Shown here in pieces: positions 44,451 to 59,592 of a stretch of 64,000 nt of DNA. The notes beneath the pieces were generated by a model. That model was not told the origin of the DNA and searched no databases. It was given only the letters and a program-made list of their open reading frames with translations. Each line of letters opens with the position of its first letter. Positions within the stretch are counted from its first letter, which is position 1. Both the position numbers and the translations under genes were made by a program. This stretch comes from an uncultured delta proteobacterium. Its GTDB lineage: Bacteria > Myxococcota_A > Polyangia > Polyangiales > Polyangiaceae. The DNA is taken from NCBI GenBank assembly GCA_963716725.1, contig CAVQUB010000027.1:32001-96000 (forward strand), read 5' to 3'.

Positions 44451-45533
44451 TCAGATCGAGAGCGCTTGTCGGGGCGTCGCCAGGCCGCGATCGATCAAGT
44501 CGGTCACCGTGTCGCGCAGCGTCTCGCCGGGATCCCGCGAGACCCATCCGAGCTCGCGCTCGGCCTTGTCGCTCGAGCAGTACCAGAAGTATTGCGCCAT
44601 CTCGACGCTGACCTCGTCGACCGGAGGCTCGCCCCCAATGGCCCGCACCGCCTGGGTGAAGAGCTTCGAGAGCCCCAAGGCCAGCGGTCTCGACCTCGGC
44701 ATCGGCAGGCGCGGGGCGGGCACACCGGTGAGCCGCGAGAGCCTCTGGAAGAAGGCCGCGAGCGTCAGGTTCTGCGCGTTCAACAGGTAGCGTTCGCCCG
44801 GGCGCCCGTGCTCGAACGCCAGGCGCATGCCCGTAGCCGCGTCCCGGGCGTCCACGAAGGCGATGCCGCCGGCGGGGACCGCTGGGATCGCGCGCTCGAG
44901 GAAACGCTGCACGTCGATGGTGGACGAGCCCTGCAAGTCGCCGGGCCCGAGCAGCAAACTCGGATTGACGATCACGACCTCGAACTCCGGAGCGTTCGCG
45001 CCGAGGGCTTCACGCTCACCGTACAGCTTCGAGCGGTAGTACGGCCAACGCGCGATGAGGTCCATCGGCGCGGACGACTCCTCGTCGGCGATCTGGCTCG
45101 CGTCGCTGCTGACCGCGATGGTCCCGCTGGTGCTCGCGACCACCACTCGGCGCACGCCGGCCTGCCTCAGACCTGCGAGCGCGTTTCGCGTGGCGACGAC
45201 GTTGTGTCGGTGGAGTTGCTCGGCATCGGCGGGGTCCCGGGAGACCTTGCCGGTGCAGAGAAACGCCCCGTCACAGCCGCGGGCGCTGACGGCCACCTCA
45301 TCCTTGTCGCAGACGTCGAGGGCGGCGACAGCATCGCCGCCGCGCCGAGAGACGGCGATCACCTGGTGCCCCCGCGTTCGGAGGTCGCGACAGAGGTGCG
45401 AGCCCAGAAAGCCGGTGGCGCCGGCGAGCCAGAAGCGGCGCGGTGTTGCTTCGAGCGAGTCGGCGCTAGGCGGCGTCGAGGGCCGGCCGTTGCCGCTGCC
45501 CGGGCGTCGGGCGCCGTCTCCAGCGCCGCTCAC
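44451..45533 (-). CDS. elbE: NAD-dependent epimerase/dehydratase, ElbE-like
   Basis: AGATGFLG, YYRSK; coupled downstream of the elbD-like gene. Confidence 0.8.
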   Translation of the reverse strand: MSGAGDGARRPGSGNGRPSTPPSADSLEATPRRFWLAGATGFLGSHLCRDLRTRGHQVIAVSRRGGDAVAALDVCDKDEVAVSARGCDGAFLCTGKVSRDPADAEQLHRHNVVATRNALAGLRQAGVRRVVVASTSGTIAVSSDASQIADEESSAPMDLIARWPYYRSKLYGEREALGANAPEFEVVIVNPSLLLGPGDLQGSSTIDVQRFLERAIPAVPAGGIAFVDARDAATGMRLAFEHGRPGERYLLNAQNLTLAAFFQRLSRLTGVPAPRLPMPRSRPLALGLSKLFTQAVRAIGGEPPVDEVSVEMAQYFWYCSSDKAERELGWVSRDPGETLRDTVTDLIDRGLATPRQALSI

Positions 45534-48500
45534 GCCTCACCTCTCAGCTCTTCGCTCGGACGTTCGAGGCGGAACGCGCGCTGGAATACCATCAAGAGCT
45601 CGATGTTGTTGCTCTTCACCGCGCCCGAAATGAACTCCTGGGGGCTGGGCGTGTACGCCTCGCGGACGATGCGGCGAAACATGCCCGGCGTCGTCTTGAG
45701 CACGCAGTCTGCGCTCTCGACCGCCTTGCCCGGAGTCACCTGGCAACGATCGGCCGATACCTGGAGCGTCCATCGCTCGGCCTCTCCGAGCGAAAAATAG
45801 AAGCTGACGGGCGCCTCGACTGCGTTGGGAACGAAGCGACGCTCGAGCTCACCGAATACGGGAGCCAGGGAATCGTCCGCTGCCTCGCCGGGCAACGCTT
45901 CGAGGGACTGCAGCTCGCGAATGTCGAAGACCTCGCCACGAGAAAGCGCCTGCACGGCGCGGCGGCTGATGGCTGCAACCACCCGTGAAGCCTCGCTCGC
46001 GTTCATGCCGCGGGTGAGGCGCGCAAGGTCGCCCACTTCGAGCACCGGGCCAATGCGCACCACCACGTCGCGGCGCCGCAAGACCGTCGCGCCCTTGGGC
46101 AGGGCCGCGTGGGTCCCGCCCAGGTAGACCGGCAAGATATCGACCTTGTTCTGGAGCGCGAGGTATCCGACCGCACTCTTGAACTCCTTGACCTCTCCGT
46201 CGGAGCTGCGGGTCCCTTCGGGGAAGATCAGCACGGTCTTTCCCTGTTCGAGCAACTCCGCCGCTTGGCGCAAGCTCTGCCGAAGCGAGCCAGTGCGCGA
46301 CATCGCCACCAGGTTCGTGAAGTTCTCGAAGTAGGCCTTGCGCCAGCGGTTGCCTTCGAAGAAGTAGTCCTGCGCCGCTAGCGACACGAGGCCCTCTCCG
46401 TAGCTGCCGAGGGCGTACTTCGACGAGGCCCATGTCGAGATGGCTCGCGTGATTCGCCGCCACCAGCACGTTGCGGTTGTGCGGGATGAAGGCTCGCCCG
46501 CTGACGCTGGTGTGCAGCACGCGATCGTAGAAGCTCGTCTGCGCGCGCCCCAGCCAGTGCATGGCAGCTTCGCGCAGCGCCGGCGGGAGCTCGAGCGGCT
46601 CGTCGTCGACTGACTCGATGGAAGCGGTCCGCGATGCCCGACGGACTGCTCGCGTCTCGCGCACCAAAGCCTCCGCGTCTCCGATGGTGACGCAGGCATT
46701 GAGCCTCTCGGCGTCCACGGAGCCGCCGAGATCGGCCTCGAGGGCCACCAGGAGTTCGAGCAGCATGAGTGAGTCGAAGCCGAGATCGGCGCGCAGGCCG
46801 AGCCCAGGCTCGAGCGACCTCGGATCGCGCCGCGTGATGGCGGCGATGGCGACGCGCACGCCCTCGACGGATCCCTCGATTTGACCTGCTCCCGCCGATC
46901 GCGACGGCCGCTCCGAGAGCGGCGCGACGCGTTCGAGGACGCGGCGCACCTCGCTGCGCTTCACCTTGCGCGTCGTGGTCCTGGGCAGCTTGGCGTCAAG
47001 CAGCGTCACGACCGCGGGTCGTTGCGCGCCCGGCAGCTTGGCCAGCGCCTTGTCGAGCGAGGCTTTGGCGCGCTGATGACGCAGTGCCCGCGAGGCGCCG
47101 TCGTCATCGGAGGGCACCGCCACGCAGGCAACGCGCTCACCTCCCCGGGGGCTGTCGATGCCGATGATGGCAAGCTCGGCGATATGCTCGATCTGACCGA
47201 GGCGCGCTTCGACGTCGTCCGGGTACACGTTCTCGCCGTTCGCAGCGACGATCACGTCCTTGGCACGCCCGACGATGACCAGGTGTCCTTGCTTGTCGAG
47301 CTTGCCGAGATCCCCGGTGTGCAGCCAGCCGTCGGCATCGATGCTGCGCCGCGTGCTCTCTTCGTCGTCGCTGTACCCGAGCATCACGTTCGGCCCGCGG
47401 GCGAGCACCTGGCCCACGCCTTGGGCGTTGGGCGCGTGGATGCGGATCTCCACTCCGGGAACGGCCTTGCCCACGTGGCCCGAACGAGCGCCAGGACCTC
47501 CGGAGGCCACGGTCAGCACGGGCGCCGCCTCGGTGAGGCCGTAGCCCTCCGCCAAGTGCAGGCCGAGCCCCGCGAACAAGTGGTGGGTCTTCTCCGGCAG
47601 CGCCGCGCCCCCGCTCACCAAATAGCGCAGATGTCCGCCCAGCCCCTCGTGCACCGGGCCGAAGAGCAGCTTGCCCGCGTCGATGCCCAGGCTCTTGCCC
47701 AGCGATCGGTTCAGCTCCACGGCCACGTCAAACACCTGCGACGCAAACCTCCCCCGCTCGGCCACCTTGGCGCTGATCCGGCGTTCGAGCATCTCCCACA
47801 GCGCAGGCACGCCAATCATCGCGGTGATGCGGCCGCTCTTCAGGCCGACCTCGAGGCGATCGGCGGTGAGCTGGTCGAGGTAGACGATGCGAGATCCGCG
47901 GGAGAGCGGCAGGAGCAAGCCGCAGGTCAGCTCGAAGGTGTGGTGCAAGGGCAAGACCGAGAGCACGCGATCGCCCTTGCCGAGCGGGAAGAGCGGCGCG
48001 AGGGACGCGACCAATGCCGTCAAGTTCGAGTGCGAGAGCATCACGCCCTTCGGCACTCCAGTCGTACCGCTGGTGTAGATCAGCGCCGCCACCTGCTCAG
48101 AGCGCGGCTCGGCCGGGGCCGCGATGGGGGCGCCCGGCGCGGCAGACTGCCAGAGGTCCATGCACGCGAGGTCCGACGGCAAATTCCCTCGCACCCGCTC
48201 CGCCACCGCCTGGTCCGCGATGAAGAGATTGGCGCCCGATGCCGCACGCAGATTCTCGACGACCTCGGCCTCGACGCCCGGTTCGAGGGGCACCACCGTC
48301 GCGCCGGCGTAGAGGATCCCGAAGAAGGCGACGGGCCACGCCGGATGATTTGCGCCAGCGAGCATCACCCGGTCGCCGGGCACCACGCCCTCCGCTCGCA
48401 AGCGCTCGGCACAGGCTAGCGATCGCTCCCGCCACTCGCGGAAGCTGACGCGCGACAGTCCCGCGGCCTCGGTGCGCTGAAGCGCGACCGACAGATCGAA

Positions 48501-50234
48501 ACGATCGGCCATCTCGTCGAGCAGTAGCGTGAGGGTCGTGTGGGGCGCGGGGGCCCGGCGAGGGCGCTTCAGGCGCTCGTCGATCTGGGGAAATACCCAC
48601 TTCTCCAGAGCCGGCACGTGGATCTCGAGGAACCAGTGCCGCCAATCGATCTGCTCGGGCTCCCAGTAGATCTTGGCCCGGTCCGCGTCCGACAGGCGCG
48701 ACAAGGCTGCGCGCGTATTGTCGCAACGGAAGACGTAGTCGTAGACCGCGATGAAGGGCACAAACGCGCCGAGCACGTCGCCGACCCTGCGCTGGCCTTC
48801 GGCAAAGCTCTCCAGCGCTTTGGCGGCGGGGTGAAAGAGCGGCGCCGCCGGGCCAACGGCCGCCTTCTTCAAGAGTCGCGCCGCGAAGCTCGCGCCCGCG
48901 GCGACCTTCTTGGGACCGTAGGCCTCGAACTGCTTGTCGTCGAGCATCGCGCCCTCGAAGCGCGACTGCAGCGCGCTCAGGATCGGGCCGCCCCGCCCCG
49001 TGCGTTGGTAGTACTTCCGCTTGTAGAGTCCGGTCAGCTCGTAGGCTCGGCGCACGGTGAAGGGATTGCTGTCGCTCGACCCGAGCTGATAAACGGGGCG
49101 GTGCGTGCCGTCGATGAGCTCACCAAGGGCCAACGTCATGCCGCCCGCCACCATGTCGCAGGGGATCACGTCGAGGTAGCTGTCGCTGCCGGGGAACTGG
49201 GTCTGGCCCTCGCGGATCACGTAGATCAGCGGCGCGCTGGTGTTGATGCCCTCGTTCCAGCCCGGGAAGGGAAACTTCACGGTGCTCTCGACGATGGCCG
49301 GACGCACGATGGTGTGGGCAAGCTCGGATCGAGCCACGATCTGCTCACCGATGGCCTTGGTGTACGTGTACGTGTTCGGGAATCCCCAGAACTGAGCGCG
49401 CTCCATGCCCATCTCGGCCAGGCGCGCTTCGACGAACTTGCGCTTCACGCGCTCGACTTCGCTTTCGAGAGTGGTGCCCCGCGCGGGCTCGCCACGTCCC
49501 GCCAGGTTCTTCTTCGCTTCGTCCAGGAAGCGGCTCTGGCGGAATGCGTCGTTCGAGCGATGGCGAGCCTGCTCGATCACGTCGAGACACTCCTCGATCT
49601 CGCGGTCGGGATCCCAGTGCGCACGCTCGAGCTCGCCGGCTCGGGGGAAGGGGTGCGCGCGCGGGTCGGTCTCTTCGATGAATCCGGTGCGCGAGCCCGC
49701 GACGAAGCAGGTGCTCGTGTGGAGAAAAGGGGCATCGCCGAGATCGCGAGCGAGCGCCACCAAGTTCTGCACGCCAAATGCGTTCACCTCGAGCGCTTCG
49801 TCCAGGGGCGGATCGAAGTCGACGACGCCGCTCGCATTCACCACCGCGTCTACGGAGCCGCGAAGCTCGTCGCGCAGCGTGGCGTCGATCCCGCAGTAGG
49901 GCTGCACCACGTCACCCGCAATGGGCACGACCTTGTCACGGATGAAGGCATCGAACGCGGCTCCATGGCGCTCGCGCAAGGGGCGCATCACTTCGCTGCC
50001 GACGACCTCTTTCCAGAACCGCTGCTCGGCGGTCTGATTGGCGCGCGGCCGCACCACCAGGTGGATGCGCTGCACCCAGGGGAAGTGGTGGAGCAGGAAT
50101 GCCCACCAGACCTTGCCGAGGAAGCCTGTGCCTCCGATCACGACCAGGCGGCGCCCCGAGAGAGTGCGCCCGAGGTCGAGGGGCGGGCGCGCCCCGCTGT
50201 CGGGTTTTTGTTCAATCGGAGGGTGCTTGGGCAT
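45530..50234 (-). CDS. elbD: ElbD-like multidomain ether-lipid synthase (acyl reductase, adenylation, ACP, acyltransferase, SCP2-like), frameshift near 46420
   Basis: GGTGFLGKV and YTYTKAIGE (FAR); YTSGTTGVPKG and GYGLTE (AMP-binding); LGFDSL (ACP); NHASHLD and FPEGTRS (PlsC). Confidence 0.88.
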
Positions 50235-50340
50235 GCGGAAAGGACCTTCGGTCACCCATGCCGGCCCGGGAGTCAAGGCCTGCCGCGTCGCGTCGCTCTT
50301 CGGGCGTAACCGGGGGACACTCCCGGACGTAGTTGCCGTG

Positions 50341-51348
50341 ATGAGACAGCTTGCTTGGGCGGTTGCGGCCTTCTTTGTCGCGCAGGCGGGCATCGCCCAC
50401 GCGTTCGTCGGCACGCCGGTCGGTGGACACCCTGGAGAGCTCGACGTGAACGCCGTGGTCACGGCCGAGCGTGGCAAGACCGAGCCGAACGAAAACCAAG
50501 CGTCGTTCATGAAGACCCGCGGTTGGTACGAGTACAAGCTGGGCGCGGGCTACACCTTCGGCGATCTCGGACCGCTCCAGTTTTTCTCGGCTCGCCTCGA
50601 GGCGACCTACTACCAGACGCCGGCGGAGAAGAACGACCCCGACGAATGGCAAGTCGGCGCGCCGGGCTCGTCGCCCCCGGGAAGCATCGGCTCCGAATGC
50701 AGCGCGGGCGCCAAGTATCTGGGCGGCGGCGTCTGCGAGTTCTACCCCGAAGACACCGGGACCATCGCCACGGCGACCGTCTCGTTCGCGGCGGTGCATG
50801 ACCCCAAGTTCGCCCTCGGGTTCTTCTTGAAAGGCAGCGTTCCCTTCGGAATGGACCTCGACAAGTTCGAGAACCCGCGCCTCGACTACTTCGCAGGAGG
50901 CACGAACGTGAGCGTCGAGCTCCAGAACTGGCTGCTCCTCGAGACCACGATTTTCTTGGGCTCGGGGACGCGTCCCTTCGGAAAAGAGCAGAACGGGGCC
51001 GCGGCCCTCAGCGCCCTGTTCGACTTCAAGACCCGGCGTTGGCTCTTGCCGTGGAAGGCCGGCATCAAGATCGGACCCTACGTCGAGGGCGACATCCACG
51101 AGCGCTACGACGAACGCTACGATCGCGCCTTCAGCCCCGCGGTCCTGCCGCAACCCGGCGCCCAGCCCGCGCAGTACCGCGACCGCATTCGAGCAGCACG
51201 CTTCGCGATGGCAGCGCTGCCCTACTTCCTGGTAACCCCGCACCTGTCGGTCGAGGCGGGCTACATTCAGAAGTTCTTCGGCTACGATGCCCGCGCGACG
51301 CAGGTCTACTTCGTCGGGCTCCGCGGCTTGATGAGCGTGGGCAACTGA
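50341..51348 (+). CDS. Secreted hypothetical protein, possible beta-barrel
   Basis: Signal peptide AHA, amphipathic strands, aromatic-rich C-terminus. Confidence 0.65.
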   Translation: MRQLAWAVAAFFVAQAGIAHAFVGTPVGGHPGELDVNAVVTAERGKTEPNENQASFMKTRGWYEYKLGAGYTFGDLGPLQFFSARLEATYYQTPAEKNDPDEWQVGAPGSSPPGSIGSECSAGAKYLGGGVCEFYPEDTGTIATATVSFAAVHDPKFALGFFLKGSVPFGMDLDKFENPRLDYFAGGTNVSVELQNWLLLETTIFLGSGTRPFGKEQNGAAALSALFDFKTRRWLLPWKAGIKIGPYVEGDIHERYDERYDRAFSPAVLPQPGAQPAQYRDRIRAARFAMAALPYFLVTPHLSVEAGYIQKFFGYDARATQVYFVGLRGLMSVGN

Positions 51349-51556
51349 AGAGCTGTCGAAGCTCGCATTCTTGACCTGTTCTTCAGGCACGACGAAGTCG
51401 TGCTCGCGGGGACGGGCGCGGTGCTCGAGATCGAGATCAAGACGGGGTCGAGCAAGCTGCTGGCTGCCACCAGCAATGCGTGGTGGGGCGCCGGCGTAGC
51501 GACTCGGCTCTAGAGTCTCGCCGCGCGGCGAATTTCCGCGCTAGACTCCGCAGGCC

Positions 51557-53179
<1,623 letters not shown>

Positions 53180-53182
53180 ACC

Positions 53183-53998
53183 GTGGCCGCGCTGATCATC
53201 GACTCGGCCTATCACCCGATCCTGCTGTTCGGGTTGGCATCGAACGCTTACAGTTTCGTGCTGGTGACGCTGGCGTTGAAGCGGGGCGACTGGCTGACCG
53301 ATTCGCAGTTCTCACTCACCAAGTTCTACGTACTGATGGGCTGGGTGCCCCTCGCCTTCCTGGCGCTCTCGCTGGTGATCAGCCCACGCTATCTGTTGCT
53401 GTTCGTGGCCACCGGGCTCATGGGCATCGTCGGCGAGCTCATCGTCTCGGTGGTTTGGCGTCGCTTCTTCGCGGAGCCGATTTGGACCTACAGCTACCGT
53501 TCCGTGCTCTCGGGCTACACCAGCACCCTGAACTTCTTCCCGTGGACGGTTGGCGCGCTCTTGTTCTGCGAGACCCGGCGCGTGCTGCGTGGTCCGGCAC
53601 CCGAAGCCTGGACCTTGGATCGGCCCATGTGGATCGCCGCGGCGGCGCTGGCGGTCGGCCTGCTCGTCGCGTGGCCCCTCAGTCGACTCACCAGCGCCCG
53701 CGAGCGACGCTTCACGCGCGGCGCGTTCGCCGTCTTCTGCATCCCCATCGCGTCAGCGGCGCTGGCCCTCGGCTGGTGGGTGAGCCCGCACTACCTGCTA
53801 TTGATGGCGGCCTTCGCCGGGATCGGCTTCTTCACCGAGTACACCTACGGCCGCGGCATGAGCCTGTTCTTCGAGCGGGGGTTGTGGACCTACAACCACT
53901 GGAAGATCGATCAGGGACACTCGAGCTTCGTGACGTTTCCGCTGTGGGCGCTCGGCGGCCTGTATTTCCACTTCGTGGCAGGCTTCGTGGGGCTGTGA
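53183..53998 (+). CDS. Integral membrane protein with an internal duplication (CmpB-like permease motif)
   Basis: Two copies of E...FF...WTY......G..S...F..W..G.L.F. Confidence 0.6.
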   Translation: MAALIIDSAYHPILLFGLASNAYSFVLVTLALKRGDWLTDSQFSLTKFYVLMGWVPLAFLALSLVISPRYLLLFVATGLMGIVGELIVSVVWRRFFAEPIWTYSYRSVLSGYTSTLNFFPWTVGALLFCETRRVLRGPAPEAWTLDRPMWIAAAALAVGLLVAWPLSRLTSARERRFTRGAFAVFCIPIASAALALGWWVSPHYLLLMAAFAGIGFFTEYTYGRGMSLFFERGLWTYNHWKIDQGHSSFVTFPLWALGGLYFHFVAGFVGL

Positions 53999-54027
53999 CT
54001 CAGAGGCGACCCGTGGTTGCGTGAGCG

Positions 54028-54429
54028 CTATTTGCAGGCCTTCGCGCACTCGTCGAAGGCCGCCTGGCATTGCGTCGGATCCGCAAACTTGGGCAGGCCG
54101 CCCTCAGTCGTTCCCGGCAACAGGCAGGCCTGCAACACCCCCTGACACTTCGAGGCGCAGGCCGCGCTCTTACCGCCGCCGGCGTCGGCGGGCGCGCTTG
54201 CGTCCTTGGCTCCGGCATCGGTCTTCTTGGTGCTGACCGTCGTGGGCGTCGGCGTCGGTGTCGACGTCGCGCCGCTCGCCGCCGGTTCGACGGTGGGAGT
54301 CGGCTCGGCTGTGGTGGCTGTCGGCGTCGGCTCGGGTGGAGGCAACGCGGGCGTCGGCTCCTCCTTCTTGAACATCTTGCAGGCGAGCAGCGCTGCGACG
54401 AGGACCCCCAAGTGAATCGTGGAGCGCAT
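54028..54429 (-). CDS. Small lipoprotein
   Basis: Lipobox LLAC, Pro/Thr linker, six-Cys C-terminus. Confidence 0.7.
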   Translation of the reverse strand: MRSTIHLGVLVAALLACKMFKKEEPTPALPPPEPTPTATTAEPTPTVEPAASGATSTPTPTPTTVSTKKTDAGAKDASAPADAGGGKSAACASKCQGVLQACLLPGTTEGGLPKFADPTQCQAAFDECAKACK

Positions 54430-54485
54430 GAGCGGGGGACTATACGACGAAGGTCGGTGCTCTGCGCGGGATTCCTGGCCGGTGA

Positions 54486-55691
54486 TTAGCGCAAGATCCC
54501 CAGCGCGCGCGGGCTGTGCCCGGGGATCACCCCCCCTGGGTCGCGGGCCCCGAGGTGTCGCTCGGAGATCTCCGCGAGCACGTCGCGGTAGTCGGTGGTG
54601 ACGGCGAGGTCACGCCCCTCGTAGCGTTGCTCCGGCGCCAGGCCAGGCCAGGTGCCATGCACCCTTCCTCCGCGCACCGGCCCGCCGAGCAGCAGCATCG
54701 CCGAGCCGTGACCGTGGTCGGTACCTCCGGTTCCATTCTCGGCGACGGTGCGCCCGAACTCGGTCATCACGAGCACGACCACTCGCTCGAGATCGCGGCC
54801 GAGATCCTTGCGGAACGCCGCCAGGCCTTTGGCGAGCGCGTCGAAGGCGCGCGGCAATCGCCCGCCGTCGGCGCCGCCCTGTCCCTGATGCGTGTCCCAA
54901 CCGCCGGCGTCGATCCACGCCACGCGCAGCCCCACATCAGCGCGCACCAGTCGGGCGATATCCGCCAGGCCTCTCGCGGCCTCGGGGTAGCCGGCTCTAG
55001 CGCTGGTCTGCTCCAGGCTCTTCAGGCGCCTGGCGGCGCCGAGAGCGTCGCGGCCCGCGATCGTGACGGCGTCGTCCCCCTTGGCGTAGAGCGCGTTGAA
55101 CGCGCGATCGAGCCGCGCGTTCAGGCGCTTCGGCGCGCGGAGGCGGAACGCGTCGAGACGCGCCGCGGTCACCACATCCACGCCGCCTCGGAGCCCGAGG
55201 GGGCGCTTGTCCGACAAGGCGACGACACCGAGCGGGGTCGAGGGCTTGCCGGCGCTCACCAGCGAGCGCGCGAGCCAGCCGCTCCGGGTCGAAGGCTGGC
55301 CCGGTGTGGCCGTCTCGGCGTAGTCCTGGGCCTCGAAGTGCGAGCGCGTCGCGTGGTGCGAACCGACGGCGTGCACGATCGCCAGCTCACCGGCGCGGTA
55401 GGCAGGTTCGAGCGGAGCGAGGCGCGGGTGCAAGCCGAAGCGGCCATCGAGATCGATGGCGCCGCCGGGCTTGCCCGGCCGGCCGACGGCGATGGCGCGC
55501 CGAGCGTTGTAGTAGTCGGGGTCGGCGTGGGGCACGGCCAGACTCAGCCCGTCGACGCCCCCGCGCAGGAAGATCACGACGAGAACGCGCTTGCCCGCGG
55601 CTGGCGCAGCCAGCGCGAAGTCCGGCACCGCCAGCGTCATGGCCCCGGCACCGGCGGAGCTGAGCAGAGATCGTCGCGACAACTTGATCAT
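54486..55691 (-). CDS. DUF1501 protein (Tat-exported)
   Basis: SRRSLL Tat motif, FLRGGVDG, RSHFEAQ, GWDTH, TEFGRT...GTDHG. Confidence 0.9.
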   Translation of the reverse strand: MIKLSRRSLLSSAGAGAMTLAVPDFALAAPAAGKRVLVVIFLRGGVDGLSLAVPHADPDYYNARRAIAVGRPGKPGGAIDLDGRFGLHPRLAPLEPAYRAGELAIVHAVGSHHATRSHFEAQDYAETATPGQPSTRSGWLARSLVSAGKPSTPLGVVALSDKRPLGLRGGVDVVTAARLDAFRLRAPKRLNARLDRAFNALYAKGDDAVTIAGRDALGAARRLKSLEQTSARAGYPEAARGLADIARLVRADVGLRVAWIDAGGWDTHQGQGGADGGRLPRAFDALAKGLAAFRKDLGRDLERVVVLVMTEFGRTVAENGTGGTDHGHGSAMLLLGGPVRGGRVHGTWPGLAPEQRYEGRDLAVTTDYRDVLAEISERHLGARDPGGVIPGHSPRALGILR

Positions 55692-55698
55692 GCTGACC

Positions 55699-57246
55699 TC
55701 ACTGGCGTTGGTACTCGGGGCTCCCGAGCAGGAGCGCGACGGCGACCGTACGCCGTTCGTCGGGCTCGTCGAGTCCATCGAGCGCGCGGGCGATGGTCGA
55801 AACCGTTTCCGGTCGCGCGCGACCGCCCAACAGGAGCGAGCTCGCCCGAGGCACCAGCCCAGCTCCCGTCTCCGGCAATGCCGCGGCGAGATCGAGAGAC
55901 AGTCCGGGCAGCTTGCCGGCCGCGAGCATCGAGGCGAAGCTCATCCGTGAAAGCAGCCCGTTGGTGCTGACCCACTCCGACTCGGCTTCGGGATGTCCGG
56001 TCGGCACGCTCTCCAGCAAGATGGGTTCCCCCATGCGCTCGAGCACCCGGGCCAGCGCGAGGCTTCCGTCCGGACGCCCGCCCAACGCGCGGGCCGAGCT
56101 GACCACCAACTCGAGCGGCGACTTGAGCTTGTTGCCGCGGGCGGCGGCGCTCCAGAAGCTATCGTGCTCCGCCACGCCGCGTACGACTCGCGCGATGTCG
56201 CCGTTCGTCTCCCGGTAGGTCCGGGCGGCGGACTCCACGCACGAGGAAGGCGGCTCGTCGGCGACGAAGCGGACGCATAGCTTGCGCGCGAGGTGACGCG
56301 CCGTGCTCGGGTGTTTGGCCAAAATGGCGATCAGCGCGCGGCCTTCGTCCTCGCCGCCGCCGGCCGCGAAGCGCTGACCCAGCACCGTCTTTTCGGAGCC
56401 GTCGTGGGCAGCGGTACGGAACAGGAAGCCGACGCCACCTTCTCGAGGGCGGCGCACGCTCCAGCCGGTGAGGACTCGCGCAGCGCCTCGAACGTCGGCT
56501 TGAGCGAATCCCCCGTCCACGCCCAAGGTATGAAGCTCGAGCAGCTCGCGCGCGTAGTTCTCGTTCAGCCCGCCGCGCACTTCGCCATCCGGCATCTGCT
56601 TTTCGACCCGACTCCTCGCATTGTCGAGGTACAGCAGCATGGCCGGGTGACGCGCGGTCGCGAGCAAGAGGTCCTCGAATCGCCCCAGGGCGTTGGGTCG
56701 AAGCGCACGCTCGATGAAGTCACCGGCAAAGAGTCGAACCAGGCCCTTGCGAGCGAACACGTTGAAGTGGTTGGTCCAGAAGTCGACCAGCACTTCTTCG
56801 AGCTGCCGTTCGCTCAGGATGTGACGGGTGACTTCGGCCAGGGCGACTTCGGCGATCTGACCCTTGGCGTTTTTGCGCGCGCGCTTCTGAACGTTCCCGG
56901 TCTCCTCCTGCCAGTCCTCTCCGAGCCAACGGTCGAGGAGATCCTGCGGCGTCTCGAGGGCGCGGCGGTAGGGCGCCAGCGCCTGCTCGAGCGATGCATC
57001 GGGTTTCCGCGGCGCGAGCTGCTCGTCGAGCCACACGCCGACGCCGCCTTGGGCCACCCGCGCTGCGTCACCTGGCCGCGGTCCGAATCCAAAACGATTG
57101 AGCAGGTGGTGGCCGTCGGCCACGGTCCGAGTCGCAGCCGCGGGCCCAGCGCTGGCCAACGGGGGCGTTGGTGCCGGCGCGTGCGCACACGCGACCAGCG
57201 ACAATCCCGCCGCGAACGCCGCCAACGAACCCCTGAGCTTTCCCAC
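55699..57246 (-). CDS. DUF1800 protein
   Basis: LNRFGFGPRP, FWTNHFNV, PAMLLYLDN, NENYARELLELHTLG, GSPEYQRQ. Confidence 0.92.
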   Translation of the reverse strand: MGKLRGSLAAFAAGLSLVACAHAPAPTPPLASAGPAAATRTVADGHHLLNRFGFGPRPGDAARVAQGGVGVWLDEQLAPRKPDASLEQALAPYRRALETPQDLLDRWLGEDWQEETGNVQKRARKNAKGQIAEVALAEVTRHILSERQLEEVLVDFWTNHFNVFARKGLVRLFAGDFIERALRPNALGRFEDLLLATARHPAMLLYLDNARSRVEKQMPDGEVRGGLNENYARELLELHTLGVDGGFAQADVRGAARVLTGWSVRRPREGGVGFLFRTAAHDGSEKTVLGQRFAAGGGEDEGRALIAILAKHPSTARHLARKLCVRFVADEPPSSCVESAARTYRETNGDIARVVRGVAEHDSFWSAAARGNKLKSPLELVVSSARALGGRPDGSLALARVLERMGEPILLESVPTGHPEAESEWVSTNGLLSRMSFASMLAAGKLPGLSLDLAAALPETGAGLVPRASSLLLGGRARPETVSTIARALDGLDEPDERRTVAVALLLGSPEYQRQ

Positions 57247-57276
57247 ACCCGGCCTATGCCGGGCAGCGGGCGGCCG

Positions 57277-58859
<1,583 letters not shown>

Positions 58860-58863
<4 letters not shown>

Positions 58864-59528
58864 GACGATGCTCTCAGGTCGAAGCTGGGCCAGCTGTAGG
58901 CCTTGGCGAGGAGCTCGAGCCGCCGGTCGGGGTTCACCGCGGCGGGATGACCGACCACGCTCAGCATCGGCAAGTCGGAGTAGCTGTCGCTGTAGGCGTA
59001 GCAGTCGTCGAGGTCGTGCGCGTTGGCCCGCGCGTGGTCGCGGATGAGCCGCGCCTTCTCGGGTCCGGCCACCACGGGTTTCTCGAGCTTGCCGGTGGCG
59101 CGCCCGTCCTTCATCTCCAGGCGGTTGGCGATGACCTCGTGCGCCCCGAGGTGGTCGGCCAGGCGCTTCGCGATGAAGTCGAGCGCTCCCGACATCAGCA
59201 CGACCACGTTGCCGCGGTCGACGTTCTTCCGGACCAGATCCCTCGCCGCGGGAAAGATCGACGGCTTCAACACTTTGTCGAAGACCTCGTCCGAGAGCAG
59301 CACCAGGCGATCCTCGCTCATGCCTTCGTAGGAGCTGTAGAGCAGCTCGTTGAAGGTGCGGCGATCGGCCATCTCGGCCACACCCATCGCGGGTGCTCTG
59401 AGCAGTGCGCGCCCGAACCTGAGCGCGGTCTGAACCGGCGTGGCCTGGTTTAGCAGGTAGAACAAGGTCGGGTGCACGAGGTTCGTGCTGACCAGCGTTC
59501 CGTCGACGTCGAAGTAGCTCGCGGCCAA
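58860..59528 (-). CDS. elbB: HAD-IB hydrolase, ElbB-like
   Basis: YFDVDGTL, MSGAL, K, AYSDSYSDLPML, AVNPD; ATGA overlap with elbC. Confidence 0.85.
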
Positions 59529-59592
59529 GGGGCGCGCACGGTTGTGCGACCACCCGCCCGCGTCAAGCGCTGGTCGACGCGAACTCGGCTTC

